From assembly GCA_001782235.1 (NCBI GenBank), contig MFOC01000007.1, positions 251,909 to 315,908 on the forward strand: 64,000 nt of DNA. Reading direction: 5' to 3'. The DNA comes from Candidatus Levybacteria bacterium RIFCSPHIGHO2_02_FULL_40_18 (GTDB taxonomy: Bacteria; Patescibacteriota; Microgenomatia; Levybacterales; GWA1-39-11). A model generated the notes under the pieces. The model was not told the DNA's origin and made no database searches. It was given only the letters and a program-made list of their open reading frames with translations. This document shows, one piece after another, positions 48,133 to 57,609 of the stretch; position 1 is the first letter of the stretch; each line of letters starts with the position of its first letter. A program made the position numbers and the translations under genes.

Positions 48133-48260
48133 TTGCATTTGGGTTCAAAACATTATATAATCTTTACTTGCATGTCCAAACTATTGATAAACTCACTAGT
48201 TACATGATTTCCGAGTCAATCCCTGGGACGTGAAGGAACGGCTCGAATGAGCCGTTTTTT
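48133..48260 (+). promoter_or_regulatory. Internal promoter and terminator-like hairpin before rplC
   Basis: TTGCAT-17-TATAAT (48133-48161); aacggctc-gaat-gagccgtt followed by a T-run. Confidence 0.65.
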
Positions 48261-48286
48261 AGTGCTCGAAGGGTCTTTAATAAATT

Positions 48287-49240
48287 ATGCAATCTTTAAT
48301 TGGCAAGAAAATTGATCAAACACAAGGGTTTTTAGAGGATGGGACGCGCGTTCCGCTCTCAATTATTTCCGTGGCAGGAAATGTCGTGATACAGGTCAAG
48401 ACAGGCGACCACGAGGGATATAATTCAATTCAACTTGGATTTGGAACTTGGAAGCGCCCAACCAAACCAATGGCAGGACACATTAAAAAAGCGGGGTTAA
48501 AAAAAATGCCTCGCTTTTTTCGTGAAATAAGGGCAGACGAAGCGCCAGCCTCGCCGAGTCTAGGCGGGCCGAATCTTGCACCAGGTTCGGCGATTTTAGT
48601 TTCAGAAGTTTTCGAGCCCGGCGACATAGTTGATGTTACTGGAATTTCAAAGGGCAAAGGTTTTGCAGGAGTTGTTAAGCTTCATGGATTTCATGGAGGT
48701 CCCAAAACTCACGGGCAATCTGACAGGCATAGGGCCCCGGGAGCAATCGGTTCAGGAACAACTCCGGGTAGAGTTTACAAAGGCAAAAGAATGGCAGGGA
48801 GAATGGGAAATGAGCGCGTGACTATCAAGAACCTTGAGGTTTTAGATGTGAAGGATGATACGATTTTCGTTCGAGGCCTAATTCCTGGAGTAAAAGGTTC
48901 GATCGTTACCATTACAAAAGTAGGGAAGAATAAGAAATTTAAGCCACTATGGGGCGGACTGAGCCCTGGCTCCGGCGAGGGCGAAGTAGCCGTGCGAGGA
49001 GAGCGAGACAGCGGTGGAACTGAAGAGTCGGATGTTCAGACGGCAGTAGATAATGTTTCCGAAGCTGAAAAAGCTGTCAAGACACCAGAGGAAGTAGAAA
49101 CAGCGCAAGACACAGTTGCTTCGGTTGCAAATTCGAGTGAAGGAAAACCTGCAGCCACTGACGGCACTGAGGAATCCGCTGAAAACACTGAAAAAAGTTC
49201 GCCAGGAAAGCAAGAGGAAGGAGAAGGTAATGCCAGTTAA
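48287..49240 (+). CDS. rplC: 50S ribosomal protein L3 with inserts and long acidic tail
   Basis: SKGKGFAGV, HRAPGAIG, GKRMAGRMG. Confidence 0.97.
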   Translation: MQSLIGKKIDQTQGFLEDGTRVPLSIISVAGNVVIQVKTGDHEGYNSIQLGFGTWKRPTKPMAGHIKKAGLKKMPRFFREIRADEAPASPSLGGPNLAPGSAILVSEVFEPGDIVDVTGISKGKGFAGVVKLHGFHGGPKTHGQSDRHRAPGAIGSGTTPGRVYKGKRMAGRMGNERVTIKNLEVLDVKDDTIFVRGLIPGVKGSIVTITKVGKNKKFKPLWGGLSPGSGEGEVAVRGERDSGGTEESDVQTAVDNVSEAEKAVKTPEEVETAQDTVASVANSSEGKPAATDGTEESAENTEKSSPGKQEEGEGNAS

Positions 49241-49997
49241 AAAAATCCCCGCTTCGCCAAGGCTTCGCGGGGCAAGCAAAACTACAGCTCAAAGGCCGAC
49301 TTCGATTAGATCGAGGTTAAAAACTGCGAAGGGGGCTTCGAAAGATTCAAAGTTTAGTGTTCCTGTGGTCGATCTGACCGGGAAGAGAAAAGGGAGCGTT
49401 GAGCTTCCGAAGGAGATTTTTGGGGCAAATGTAAATGAAAAATTAATGGCGCAGGCTGTTCGTGTCTATCTTGTTAATCAAAGACAGGGGACTGCTTCGA
49501 CAAAAACACGAGGAGAAGTCACCGGTTCGACCAGAAAAATTTATAGACAAAAGGGGACGGGACGAGCTCGCCATGGGTCTATCACTGCGCCAATATTTCG
49601 TGGCGGAGGAATTGTCTTTGGTCCAAGAGTCCGAGGTTTCTCTTTGAAATTATCAAAGCAGATGAAGAAAAAAGCTTTATCAAGCGCTTTAGCTCAAAAA
49701 CTTCTTGATCAAAAAGTTTCTGTAGTTGATTTAGAAGGCGTTAGTGGTAAAACCCGCGAGCTTGCCCAACTTTTCAAAAACCTTAAACTTTTAGATAAAG
49801 AAAAGAAGGACAACCAAGTTCTGTTTGTTTCAGCTTCGAAAGGAGAAGCAAAAAGGGCAGCCAGAAATATCCGTGGCATAACCGTTAGCAACGTAGAGTC
49901 AATAAATACATATGAAGTTTTGGCTAATAAATACCTTATTTTAGCTCGCGATGCAGTTCCAAATCTTGTAAATCATTTTATAAAAAATAATTTATGA
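49230..49997 (+). CDS. rplD: 50S ribosomal protein L4 with repeat-containing N-terminal extension
   Basis: [25 protein letters not shown]. Confidence 0.96.
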   Translation: MPVKKIPASPRLRGASKTTAQRPTSIRSRLKTAKGASKDSKFSVPVVDLTGKRKGSVELPKEIFGANVNEKLMAQAVRVYLVNQRQGTASTKTRGEVTGSTRKIYRQKGTGRARHGSITAPIFRGGGIVFGPRVRGFSLKLSKQMKKKALSSALAQKLLDQKVSVVDLEGVSGKTRELAQLFKNLKLLDKEKKDNQVLFVSASKGEAKRAARNIRGITVSNVESINTYEVLANKYLILARDAVPNLVNHFIKNNL

Positions 49998-50317
49998 ATG
50001 TAACCGATTATATTATCAAACCAATAGTAAGCGAAAAATCTTTTAATGAGGCTAAAAACAGCAATAAATATACGTTTTTAGTGAGGCGGGACGCAACAAA
50101 AACAGATATTAAAAATGCTATCGAAAAGTTATTTAATGTTAAAGTTTTGCGCATTTATACGGCGATTACTAAAGGGAAGAAAACCAGCTTTACGAGAAAA
50201 GGAAAACATACAATCGACCAATCTTATAAAAAAGCAAGAGTTAAACTTATGAAGGATCAAAAAATAGATATATTCGAAGAGCAGACAGACGACAAAAAAA
50301 AGAAAGGGAAGAAATAA
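49994..50317 (+). CDS. rplW: 50S ribosomal protein L23
   Basis: KPIVSEKS, YTFLV, KKARV. Confidence 0.95.
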   Translation: MNVTDYIIKPIVSEKSFNEAKNSNKYTFLVRRDATKTDIKNAIEKLFNVKVLRIYTAITKGKKTSFTRKGKHTIDQSYKKARVKLMKDQKIDIFEEQTDDKKKKGKK

Positions 50318-50320
50318 GTT

Positions 50321-51061
50321 ATGGTAAGAAAGTTAAAAAAAATACTTAAAAAACAGTCAGGGAGGGATTCTCAGGGCCATGTGGCTGTTCGTCATCAAGG
50401 CGGCCGCCATAAGAGGTTTATGCGCGTAGTGGATTTTAAGCGAGACAAGTTTAACGTGCCCGGGACCGTGACTTCGATTGAATATGATCCCAACAGATCA
50501 GCTGATCTTGCCTTTGTTCAATACCAAGATGGAGAAAAAAGATATATTTTGGCACCGCTTGGGCTTTCTATGGGAGACAAAATTGTTTCGGGAGAAAGCG
50601 TTGATATAAGGGTAGGAAATGCTATGCCTTTAGGAAAAATTCCAATCGGGCAGCCAATTCATAATATTGAATTGACGCATGGCAGAGGAGGTCAAATTGC
50701 AAGATCTGCGGGGGATCAGGCATTTGTGATGGCACACGAAGACAGCTATGCTCATGTGAAGATGCCGTCAGGCGAAATAAGAAAAATTTTGATGAGTAAT
50801 TTTGCAACCATAGGACAACTTGGGAAAATTGAGTGGAAAGATAGGGTTCTTGGAAAAGCAGGAGTCTCTCGCCACATGGGTATTCGTCCAACGGTTCGCG
50901 GAGTTGCCATGAATCCAAGATCCCACCCTCACGGAGGAGGAGAAGGACGCTCCGGGATCGGTTTGAAATACCCAAAAACATATGCAGGCAGAAAAGCGGT
51001 TGGAAAGACTCGATTGAAGAAGAAGTACTCAAATAAGTTTATTTTAAAAAGGAGAAAGTAA
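50321..51061 (+). CDS. rplB: 50S ribosomal protein L2
   Basis: IEYDPNRSA, RGVAMNP, HPHGGGEG. Confidence 0.98.
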   Translation: MVRKLKKILKKQSGRDSQGHVAVRHQGGRHKRFMRVVDFKRDKFNVPGTVTSIEYDPNRSADLAFVQYQDGEKRYILAPLGLSMGDKIVSGESVDIRVGNAMPLGKIPIGQPIHNIELTHGRGGQIARSAGDQAFVMAHEDSYAHVKMPSGEIRKILMSNFATIGQLGKIEWKDRVLGKAGVSRHMGIRPTVRGVAMNPRSHPHGGGEGRSGIGLKYPKTYAGRKAVGKTRLKKKYSNKFILKRRK

Positions 51062-51143
51062 AATTATTGATTATTTATTATAGATTATAGATTATTGTTC
51101 GAACAAATAATAAATAATAAACAATAAATAATATATAAAAAAT

Positions 51144-51431
51144 ATGAGTAGATCACTTAAGAAGGGTCCGTTTATCGATCCAAAATTGATGAAGAAAGTT
51201 CAGGTTCAAAAAGCTGCAGGAGGTACAATTGAGCCAATAAAAACGTGGGCACGGGCCTGCCAGATTCCTCCGGAATTTGTTGGACATACTTTCTTGGTTC
51301 ACAATGGGAAGAATTTTATAACCGTTAAGGTTGTCGAGAATATGGTTGGACATCGTTTAGGTGAATTTTCGCCGACTCGCATTTTCCGTGGACACGGAAG
51401 AGTCGTAGCACGAGAAATAAGCAAAACATAG
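51144..51431 (+). CDS. rpsS: 30S ribosomal protein S19
   Basis: [18 protein letters not shown]. Confidence 0.98.
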   Translation: MSRSLKKGPFIDPKLMKKVQVQKAAGGTIEPIKTWARACQIPPEFVGHTFLVHNGKNFITVKVVENMVGHRLGEFSPTRIFRGHGRVVAREISKT

Positions 51432-51512
51432 GGCAAATGGTTAAAATGGCTGCATGGCTACATAGCTTTAAAACCATGCAACCATGTAACTATTTAACTA
51501 TTTAAATTTAAT

Positions 51513-51953
51513 ATGGAATATATAGCAATAGCAAAAAATATAAAAATGTCGCCTCGTAAAGTGAGGCTGATCGTAGATTCGGTCAAGAAGCAAAACCTAA
51601 ACAAGAGTCTATCAACGCTATCTCTTATGTCAAAAAGAGCCGCAATGCCAGTAAAAAAAGCGATCGATTCGGCAATTGCAAACGCGGTTAATAATTTCAA
51701 AGTAAATCGCGAAGCACTTTCTATCCGAGACATAATTGTAACAGAAGGAATGAGATTAAAAAGATATCATTTTGCCGCTCGCGGTCGCACTCGACCGTAT
51801 AAAAGACGAACAAGCCACATCCGAGTGATTCTAACGGATAACAGTTCGGTAATAACTAAAAAACCTGCAACCACTGAAAACACTGAAAAATTAACTGAAG
51901 GCACTGTAAAAAACAGTGATAAAACAGCGGTTGCAAGGGAGGGAAGCAAATAG
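51513..51953 (+). CDS. rplV: 50S ribosomal protein L22 with repeat-like tail
   Basis: SPRKVRL, ARGR, KRRTSHI. Confidence 0.96.
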   Translation: MEYIAIAKNIKMSPRKVRLIVDSVKKQNLNKSLSTLSLMSKRAAMPVKKAIDSAIANAVNNFKVNREALSIRDIIVTEGMRLKRYHFAARGRTRPYKRRTSHIRVILTDNSSVITKKPATTENTEKLTEGTVKNSDKTAVAREGSK

Positions 51954-51954
51954 T

Positions 51955-52593
51955 ATGGGGCATAAAGTTAATCCGATTGCATTAAGATTAGGAATTCATC
52001 AAGGCTTTAAAAGCGTCGGATTTTATAGCAAGAAAAGCTATTCATCAACAGTGCTTCAGGATATAAAAATCCGAAAAGCGCTATTTGAAAAGCTCCGGCC
52101 GGCCGGTGTCGGCGATGTTGTTATTGAGAGGTCGCTCTCAAGTATTAAAATTACGATTTACGTAACAAGGCCGGGTATTGTAATTGGAAGAGGCGGAACT
52201 GGCCTTGAAGAATTGAAGAAACACATTGTTCAAATGCTTGGAATAACAAAAATTGATAAAAATGCCAAAAAATTAGAGCTTAAAGTAGAACCAATAAAAG
52301 ACGCCAATCTCAATGCATACTTGGTTGCTTCAAATATTTGTGAGCAGTTGGTCAAAAGAATGCCTCATAAGAGGGTAATGAAACAGGCGGTTGAGAAGGT
52401 TATGCAACAGGGCGCCAAAGGAGTACGAATTGTTTTGTCGGGAAGAATTGGAGGAGCAGAAATCGGAAGACGCGAGCGGCTTCAGGCAGGAAAAGTTTCT
52501 CTCTCAACAATAAGAGAGGATATAGATTATGCACAGGTTCCGGCTCTAACCAAGTCCGGTTATGTAGGAGTAAAAGTATGGATCAACCGGTAA
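51955..52593 (+). CDS. rpsC: 30S ribosomal protein S3
   Basis: MGHKVNP, RPGIVIG, GRIGGAEI, GVKVWI. Confidence 0.98.
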   Translation: MGHKVNPIALRLGIHQGFKSVGFYSKKSYSSTVLQDIKIRKALFEKLRPAGVGDVVIERSLSSIKITIYVTRPGIVIGRGGTGLEELKKHIVQMLGITKIDKNAKKLELKVEPIKDANLNAYLVASNICEQLVKRMPHKRVMKQAVEKVMQQGAKGVRIVLSGRIGGAEIGRRERLQAGKVSLSTIREDIDYAQVPALTKSGYVGVKVWINR

Positions 52594-52652
52594 CAGCTAG
52601 CTGTTGGCTGTTGGTAGTTAGCTAATAGCCAAACGCTAAAAGCTAACAGCTG
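52594..52652. repeat. Family C heptamer element
   Basis: gttggctgttggtagttagctaatagccaaacgctaaaagctaacagct; near-identical to 53563-53622. Confidence 0.85.
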
Positions 52653-52657
52653 AAATT

Positions 52658-53071
52658 ATGTTAACGCCTAAAAGAACAAAATACAGAAAACAATTTAAGC
52701 CAAAAATACAGGGGCAAATAGCTTTTTCCGGCAACCGCCTCTCCTTTGGAGAGTTTGGTCTAAGAGCTAGCTCTTCAGGTAATGTGACAAGCCGCCAGAT
52801 AGAAGCGGCTCGAAAGGCTATTACTCACTTTACGAAAAGAGGAGGAAGAATCTGGATTAGAATTTTCCCTGATAGGCCAGTTACAAAAAAGCCGCCCGAA
52901 ACCCGTATGGGCGGAGGGAAAGGGGATATTTATGAATATGTTGCGCCTGTGAAGATAGGGAGAGTGCTTTTTGAAATGGGAGGAATACCTGAGGTTGTTG
53001 CTCGCGAAGCACTAAGACTTGCTTCACATAAATTGCCGGTTGCGAGCGTATTTATAAAAAGAAGCAATTAA
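52658..53071 (+). CDS. rplP: 50S ribosomal protein L16
   Basis: [20 protein letters not shown]. Confidence 0.98.
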   Translation: MLTPKRTKYRKQFKPKIQGQIAFSGNRLSFGEFGLRASSSGNVTSRQIEAARKAITHFTKRGGRIWIRIFPDRPVTKKPPETRMGGGKGDIYEYVAPVKIGRVLFEMGGIPEVVAREALRLASHKLPVASVFIKRSN

Positions 53072-53074
53072 AAT

Positions 53075-53311
53075 ATGAAAAAGAACGAACTTGTTGATTT
53101 AAAAGGGAAAACAACTGATGAGCTTAGGAGACTTCTTTTAGAGAAAAGAGAGGAACTCGGAAAGCTTAAAATTGATCTTTCGCGCGCAAAGAGTAAAGAT
53201 GTAAACCAAGTAAGAAACGAAAGAAAAGACATAGCAAGAATACTAACAATATTATCTATTAAGGAAGGAGAGCAGTCGCGGTCCCGCCAAATGCGGGATG
53301 AGGCTATGTAA
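53075..53311 (+). CDS. rpmC: 50S ribosomal protein L29
   Basis: RKDIARILT; operon position. Confidence 0.92.
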   Translation: MKKNELVDLKGKTTDELRRLLLEKREELGKLKIDLSRAKSKDVNQVRNERKDIARILTILSIKEGEQSRSRQMRDEAM

Positions 53312-53313
53312 TT

Positions 53314-53562
53314 ATGGCTAAAAAGACTTTTATCGGAAAAGTAGTATCTAACAAGATGCAGAAGACTGTGATTGTTCAAATTGAGCGATTGGTTCGACAC
53401 CCAGTTTACAAGAAAATCCTTAAAAGAACAACAAAAATTAAGGCTGACACTAATAATTTTGAAGTCGGCACTGGTCAGTCTGTGAAGATAGAGCAAGCAA
53501 GGCCAATGTCTCGTGATAAACATTTTAAGGTGGTAGAGGTGCTAAATGAGGAGAAAAAATAG
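53314..53562 (+). CDS. rpsQ: 30S ribosomal protein S17
   Basis: GKVVSNKMQKT, HPVYKK, RPMSRDK. Confidence 0.96.
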   Translation: MAKKTFIGKVVSNKMQKTVIVQIERLVRHPVYKKILKRTTKIKADTNNFEVGTGQSVKIEQARPMSRDKHFKVVEVLNEEKK

Positions 53563-53622
53563 CCCTTGGCTATTGGCTGTTGGCAGTTAGCTAATAGCCA
53601 AACGCTAAAAGCTAATAGCTAA
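53563..53622. repeat. Family C heptamer element
   Basis: ttggctattggctgttggcagttagctaatagccaaacgctaaaagctaatagct. Confidence 0.85.
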
Positions 53623-53627
53623 ATAAT

Positions 53628-54002
53628 ATGGTTCAGCATAGATCAATGTTAAATGTAGCAGATAACACCGGGGTCAAACAATTGATGGTGATCCAAATAT
53701 ATGGTGGTTCAAAAAGAAAGCATGCAAAGTTAGGCGGACTATTGGGCTGTGTTGTAAAAAAAGTATTGCCAAATACCACGTATAAAAAGGGGGATAAAGT
53801 GAAAGTAGTGCTTGTTAGAACTAAAAAAGAGTTTAAGCGCAGAGATGGGACATATATTAGATTCTCTGAGAATGCGGCTGTAATTGTTGAAAATGAACAA
53901 AGCAAAGCCCCAATCGGTACTAGAATTTTTGGACCGATTGCTTATGAAATAAGGGATCTGGGATATGCCAAGATTGCCTCCTTAGCCAACCATGTTGTCT
54001 AA
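53628..54002 (+). CDS. rplN: 50S ribosomal protein L14
   Basis: VADNTG, GTRIFGP, KIASLA. Confidence 0.98.
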   Translation: MVQHRSMLNVADNTGVKQLMVIQIYGGSKRKHAKLGGLLGCVVKKVLPNTTYKKGDKVKVVLVRTKKEFKRRDGTYIRFSENAAVIVENEQSKAPIGTRIFGPIAYEIRDLGYAKIASLANHVV

Positions 54003-54054
54003 GGCGGATTTCAGTGGATTTTCGCGGATCTATAACTGATTAACACTGATGATT

Positions 54055-54384
54055 ATGAAAATAAGAAAAGGAGATACAATCAAGGTTCTAATCGGAAAAG
54101 ATAAGGGAAAGACAGGTCAAGTTGAGCGCATCTTTCCTAAAACTCGAGGCGTGCTTATCCTTTCGGTTAATGAGTATAAAAGGCATGTTAAAAGTAGAGC
54201 GAGGAATCCTGCCTCGCGGCAAGGCGGGCAAAAATCGGAAATTATTACAATCACTAAACCTTTGCCTATATCAAATGTTGCTCTAATCTGTCCCAAGTGT
54301 AAAAAGCCGACTCGTATAGGTTTTCAAATAGAAAAAGGGAAAAAAATTCGAATATGCAAAAAATGCAGTAAAGCAATCGACTAA
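54055..54384 (+). CDS. rplX: 50S ribosomal protein L24
   Basis: KIRKGDT..GKDKGK, ISNVAL; CPKC/CKKC pair at C-terminus. Confidence 0.96.
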   Translation: MKIRKGDTIKVLIGKDKGKTGQVERIFPKTRGVLILSVNEYKRHVKSRARNPASRQGGQKSEIITITKPLPISNVALICPKCKKPTRIGFQIEKGKKIRICKKCSKAID

Positions 54385-54403
54385 AAAATACGGGGTGAAA
54401 AAG

Positions 54404-54517
54404 ATGAAAGTACAAGCTTCAGTTAAAAAAAGATGTATAAAATGCAAAATTATTAGAAGGCACGGCAAGCTTTATGTGATCTGTGATAATCCAAAACATA
54501 AGCAGCGCCAAGGCTAA
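54404..54517 (+). CDS. rpmJ: 50S ribosomal protein L36 (below ORF-track size cutoff)
   Basis: Manual translation [37 protein letters not shown]. Confidence 0.97.
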   Translation: MKVQASVKKRCIKCKIIRRHGKLYVICDNPKHKQRQG

Positions 54518-54556
54518 GCTAGGAACTAGCAACTAGCAACTAGTGACTAGGAGTAT

Positions 54557-55096
54557 ATGAGTAAATTTAAAGAACAATTTAAAAAAGAGATTACTAAAAA
54601 GTTAACGGAGCGGTTAAATGTTAAGAATCCCATGGGCGTTCCGCGACTTGTAAAAATTGTCGTGAATGAAAGCACGAAGGACTTTTTGGCAGATAAGAAA
54701 AATCTTGAGAAGGCGGCCGAAGACTTGGTATTGATTACGGGTCAGAAGCCAAAAGTGGCGCGCGCACGCGTATCTGTAGCAACGTTTAAACTTAGAAAGG
54801 GCGACGAAATAGGCCTGGTCGTGACCTTGCGAGGAGCGCGAATGTATGATTTTTTTGAGAAAATTGTTAAAATAGTCCTTCCGCGCGTAAGGGACTTTTC
54901 AGGAATAGCGCCAAATGCTTTTGATGGACGCGGAAATTTAAGCATTGGCTTTACGGAAAATACGGTTTTTCCCGAGATAGATTCTGGGAAAGTAGATCGT
55001 GTACGAAGTCTTCAAGTTACAATTATAACTAATGCGGGCGATAATGAGCGCGCAAGGGTATTGCTTGAAGAAATGGGAATGCGATTCAAAAAATAA
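54557..55096 (+). CDS. rplE: 50S ribosomal protein L5
   Basis: ITGQKP, VTLRG, PRVRDF, FDGRGN. Confidence 0.98.
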   Translation: MSKFKEQFKKEITKKLTERLNVKNPMGVPRLVKIVVNESTKDFLADKKNLEKAAEDLVLITGQKPKVARARVSVATFKLRKGDEIGLVVTLRGARMYDFFEKIVKIVLPRVRDFSGIAPNAFDGRGNLSIGFTENTVFPEIDSGKVDRVRSLQVTIITNAGDNERARVLLEEMGMRFKK

Positions 55097-55097
55097 T

Positions 55098-55286
55098 ATG
55101 GCAAAGAAGTCAAATATACAAAAAAATTTATACAAGAAGCCAAAATACAGCACTCGAAAGAAAAATATCTGCAGGATCTGTGGAAGATCACGCGGGTATT
55201 TGAGATTTTTTGGCATGTGCAGAATTTGTTTTAGGGAACATGCCCTGAAAGGAGAACTTCCAGGAGTCAAAAAGGCGTCTTGGTAA
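55098..55286 (+). CDS. rpsN: 30S ribosomal protein S14 (zinc-binding type)
   Basis: [24 protein letters not shown]. Confidence 0.96.
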   Translation: MAKKSNIQKNLYKKPKYSTRKKNICRICGRSRGYLRFFGMCRICFREHALKGELPGVKKASW

Positions 55287-55345
55287 ATAGCTATTGGCCG
55301 TTAGCTATTAGCTAATAGCCAAAAGCCAAAAGCAAATAGGCAAAT

Positions 55346-55729
55346 ATGTATACAATTGGAGATTTTTTAATAAAACTTAAAAACGCAAGCAGAGCCTATA
55401 AGAAGACGGTAGAATATCCATATTCAAACGCTGTTTTTTCAATTGCTAAAATTCTTGAGAAAGAAGGATTTGTCAACAAAGTTTCCGCAAAGGATGAGGA
55501 CAGCAGGAGACTTCTCAAAATTGACCTTAAATATAAAAAAAATGTACCTGCAATCTCAGAGATAAAATTAATTTCAAAACCTTCAGTTCATCACTATGTG
55601 GGCAAGAATAAAATGGCAAGGGTAGAAAGAAATGCGGTAGGTATAGTTACAACAAATAAAGGAGTCATGACAATCCGCGATGCGCAAAAACAGGGCGTTG
55701 GGGGAGAACTAATATGTCAAATTTTTTAA
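55346..55729 (+). CDS. rpsH: 30S ribosomal protein S8
   Basis: ILEKEGF, ISKPS, GVGGE. Confidence 0.96.
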   Translation: MYTIGDFLIKLKNASRAYKKTVEYPYSNAVFSIAKILEKEGFVNKVSAKDEDSRRLLKIDLKYKKNVPAISEIKLISKPSVHHYVGKNKMARVERNAVGIVTTNKGVMTIRDAQKQGVGGELICQIF

Positions 55730-55732
55730 GGT

Positions 55733-56284
55733 ATGTCTAATATAGGGAAAAAACCAGTAAAAATAACAGAAGGAGTTACCGTCTCAACGGAGGACGATAA
55801 AATTGTCGTTTCAGGTCCAAAAGGCACGCTTGAAACAAAAATTCCTCACGGAATTCAAGCGACAATAAAAGATCACGAGGTTGTTTTCAAAAAAGAAGAG
55901 GAGAGTCATGAACTTGAAAAATTTTGGGGGCTCTCCCGCGCTTTGCTTGCAAACATGGTGCATGGTGTAGTCTCAGGGTTTGAGAAGAAGCTTGAGCTCT
56001 CGGGAGTTGGATATAGAGCGTCCACAGAAGGAGAAGAATTGACACTTAATGTTGGATATGTAAATCCCGTAAGGATTAAGGCGCCGCAAGGAATTAAGTT
56101 TTCGGTTGATGAGAATATTATTACAGTCTCAGGAATAGATAAACAATTAGTAGGAGACATTGCGAATAAAATAAGATCAGTTCGTCCGCCCGAGCCATAT
56201 AAAGGAAAAGGTATTAAATATGTAGGAGAGTATATAAGAAGAAAAGCGGGGAAAGCGGCAAAGACAGTTGGAGCAGCAAAATGA
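55733..56284 (+). CDS. rplF: 50S ribosomal protein L6
   Basis: MSNIGKKP, GVGYRA, PEPYKGKGI. Confidence 0.98.
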   Translation: MSNIGKKPVKITEGVTVSTEDDKIVVSGPKGTLETKIPHGIQATIKDHEVVFKKEEESHELEKFWGLSRALLANMVHGVVSGFEKKLELSGVGYRASTEGEELTLNVGYVNPVRIKAPQGIKFSVDENIITVSGIDKQLVGDIANKIRSVRPPEPYKGKGIKYVGEYIRRKAGKAAKTVGAAK

Positions 56285-56640
56285 GAAAAGAAGAAAAAAT
56301 CAAAAAAATGAGAAAATTGAGAAGGATAAAAAGAGTTCGAAGGAAAATATTGGCAAACAAAAGACTGCCAAGACTTACAGTTTTTCGTTCGAATAAATAC
56401 ATTTATGCCCAGATTATAGATGACAAGTCTGGTAAGTCAATCGTCTTTGCAAGTGAAAAAGAAATAGATACTGATAAAGCAAAAAAAACTGAAAAAGCTG
56501 CGATTCTCGGCCGGATTCTTGCTCAAAAAGCAAAAAAGAAAAAAATAGATAAAGTCATATTTGATAAAGGAAGTTACAAGTATCATGGAAGGATAAAAGC
56601 GCTCGCTGAGGGTGCTAGAGAAGGAGGTCTCGTATTTTAG
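56281..56640 (+). CDS. rplR: 50S ribosomal protein L18
   Basis: PRLTVFRSN, YHGRIKALAEGAREGGL. Confidence 0.97.
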   Translation: MRKEEKIKKMRKLRRIKRVRRKILANKRLPRLTVFRSNKYIYAQIIDDKSGKSIVFASEKEIDTDKAKKTEKAAILGRILAQKAKKKKIDKVIFDKGSYKYHGRIKALAEGAREGGLVF

Positions 56641-56670
56641 ATGTAAGATCTAAGATTTAAGATGTAAGTT

Positions 56671-57129
56671 ATGGAAGATCAAATATTGAATCAAAATCAG
56701 GAAAAGCTTGAGGAAAAAGTTGTTCAGGTAAACCGGGTCTCAAAGAAGACTAAGGGCGGAAATAAAATGAGATTTACCGCTTTGGTAGTTGTTGGCAATA
56801 GAAATGGAAGAGTAGGGGTAGGTCTTGGAAAGTCTGCTGATGTTTCATCGGCGATTATAAAAGCAGTAACATACGCGAAAAAAAGAATGATTGATGTTCC
56901 CATCACAGACGGTACTATACCTTACTCAATAAGGATTAAAAAAGGTGCAGCCGAGGTGCTTCTTAAACCTGCACCGGCAGGTACAGGAATTATTGCAGGA
57001 GGCGCTGTCAGATCTGTTGTTGAGGCGGCTGGAATTAAAAATGTTTCGTCAAAAATATTGGGGTCTGACAATAAAGCAAGCAATGTTTATGCAACTTTTG
57101 AAGCCCTCCAAAAGTTAGCAGCAAAATAA
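56671..57129 (+). CDS. rpsE: 30S ribosomal protein S5
   Basis: RVSKKTKGG, PAPAGTGIIAGG. Confidence 0.97.
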   Translation: MEDQILNQNQEKLEEKVVQVNRVSKKTKGGNKMRFTALVVVGNRNGRVGVGLGKSADVSSAIIKAVTYAKKRMIDVPITDGTIPYSIRIKKGAAEVLLKPAPAGTGIIAGGAVRSVVEAAGIKNVSSKILGSDNKASNVYATFEALQKLAAK

Positions 57130-57177
57130 TCGGGGCCCCCATTTTGCATCGCCAAAATAGGGAAAACAAAAAATATG
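57128..57177 (+). repeat. Family F hairpin element before rplO
   Basis: aatcggggcccccattttgcatcgccaaaatagggaaaacaaaaaatATG. Confidence 0.85.
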
Positions 57178-57609
57178 GAATTATCAAATTTACCAAAAAC
57201 AACTAAAAAGAGCTTGCGGCGTGTTGGCCGAGGGGGAGGTTCTGGCCGGGGCAAGACGGCAGGACGTGGAACAAAAGGTCAAAAAGCGAGAGGAAATATA
57301 CCTCTTGCTTTTGAAGGTGGGGCCCTACCCTTAGTTAAAAGATTACCGTTCTTGCGAGGGAAGGGAAGGAATAAAGTATTTAGACCGTGCCCAGTGGCAA
57401 TAAACATTTCAAATCTAAATAAATTGCCGAAAAAGACATCTGTTGATGTAGATACTCTAATTAAATATGGCATAGTGGAGGATGTAGCTCGCAAGTATGG
57501 TGTTAAAATCATTTCAAACGGAGATCTTGCCATCCCTCTTTTAGTAAAGCTTCCGGTATCAAAAGGAGCCAGAAAAAAAATTGAAAAAGCAGGAGGGACA
57601 GTTGAATGA
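57175..57609 (+). CDS. rplO: 50S ribosomal protein L15
   Basis: [25 protein letters not shown]. Confidence 0.97.
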   Translation: MELSNLPKTTKKSLRRVGRGGGSGRGKTAGRGTKGQKARGNIPLAFEGGALPLVKRLPFLRGKGRNKVFRPCPVAINISNLNKLPKKTSVDVDTLIKYGIVEDVARKYGVKIISNGDLAIPLLVKLPVSKGARKKIEKAGGTVE

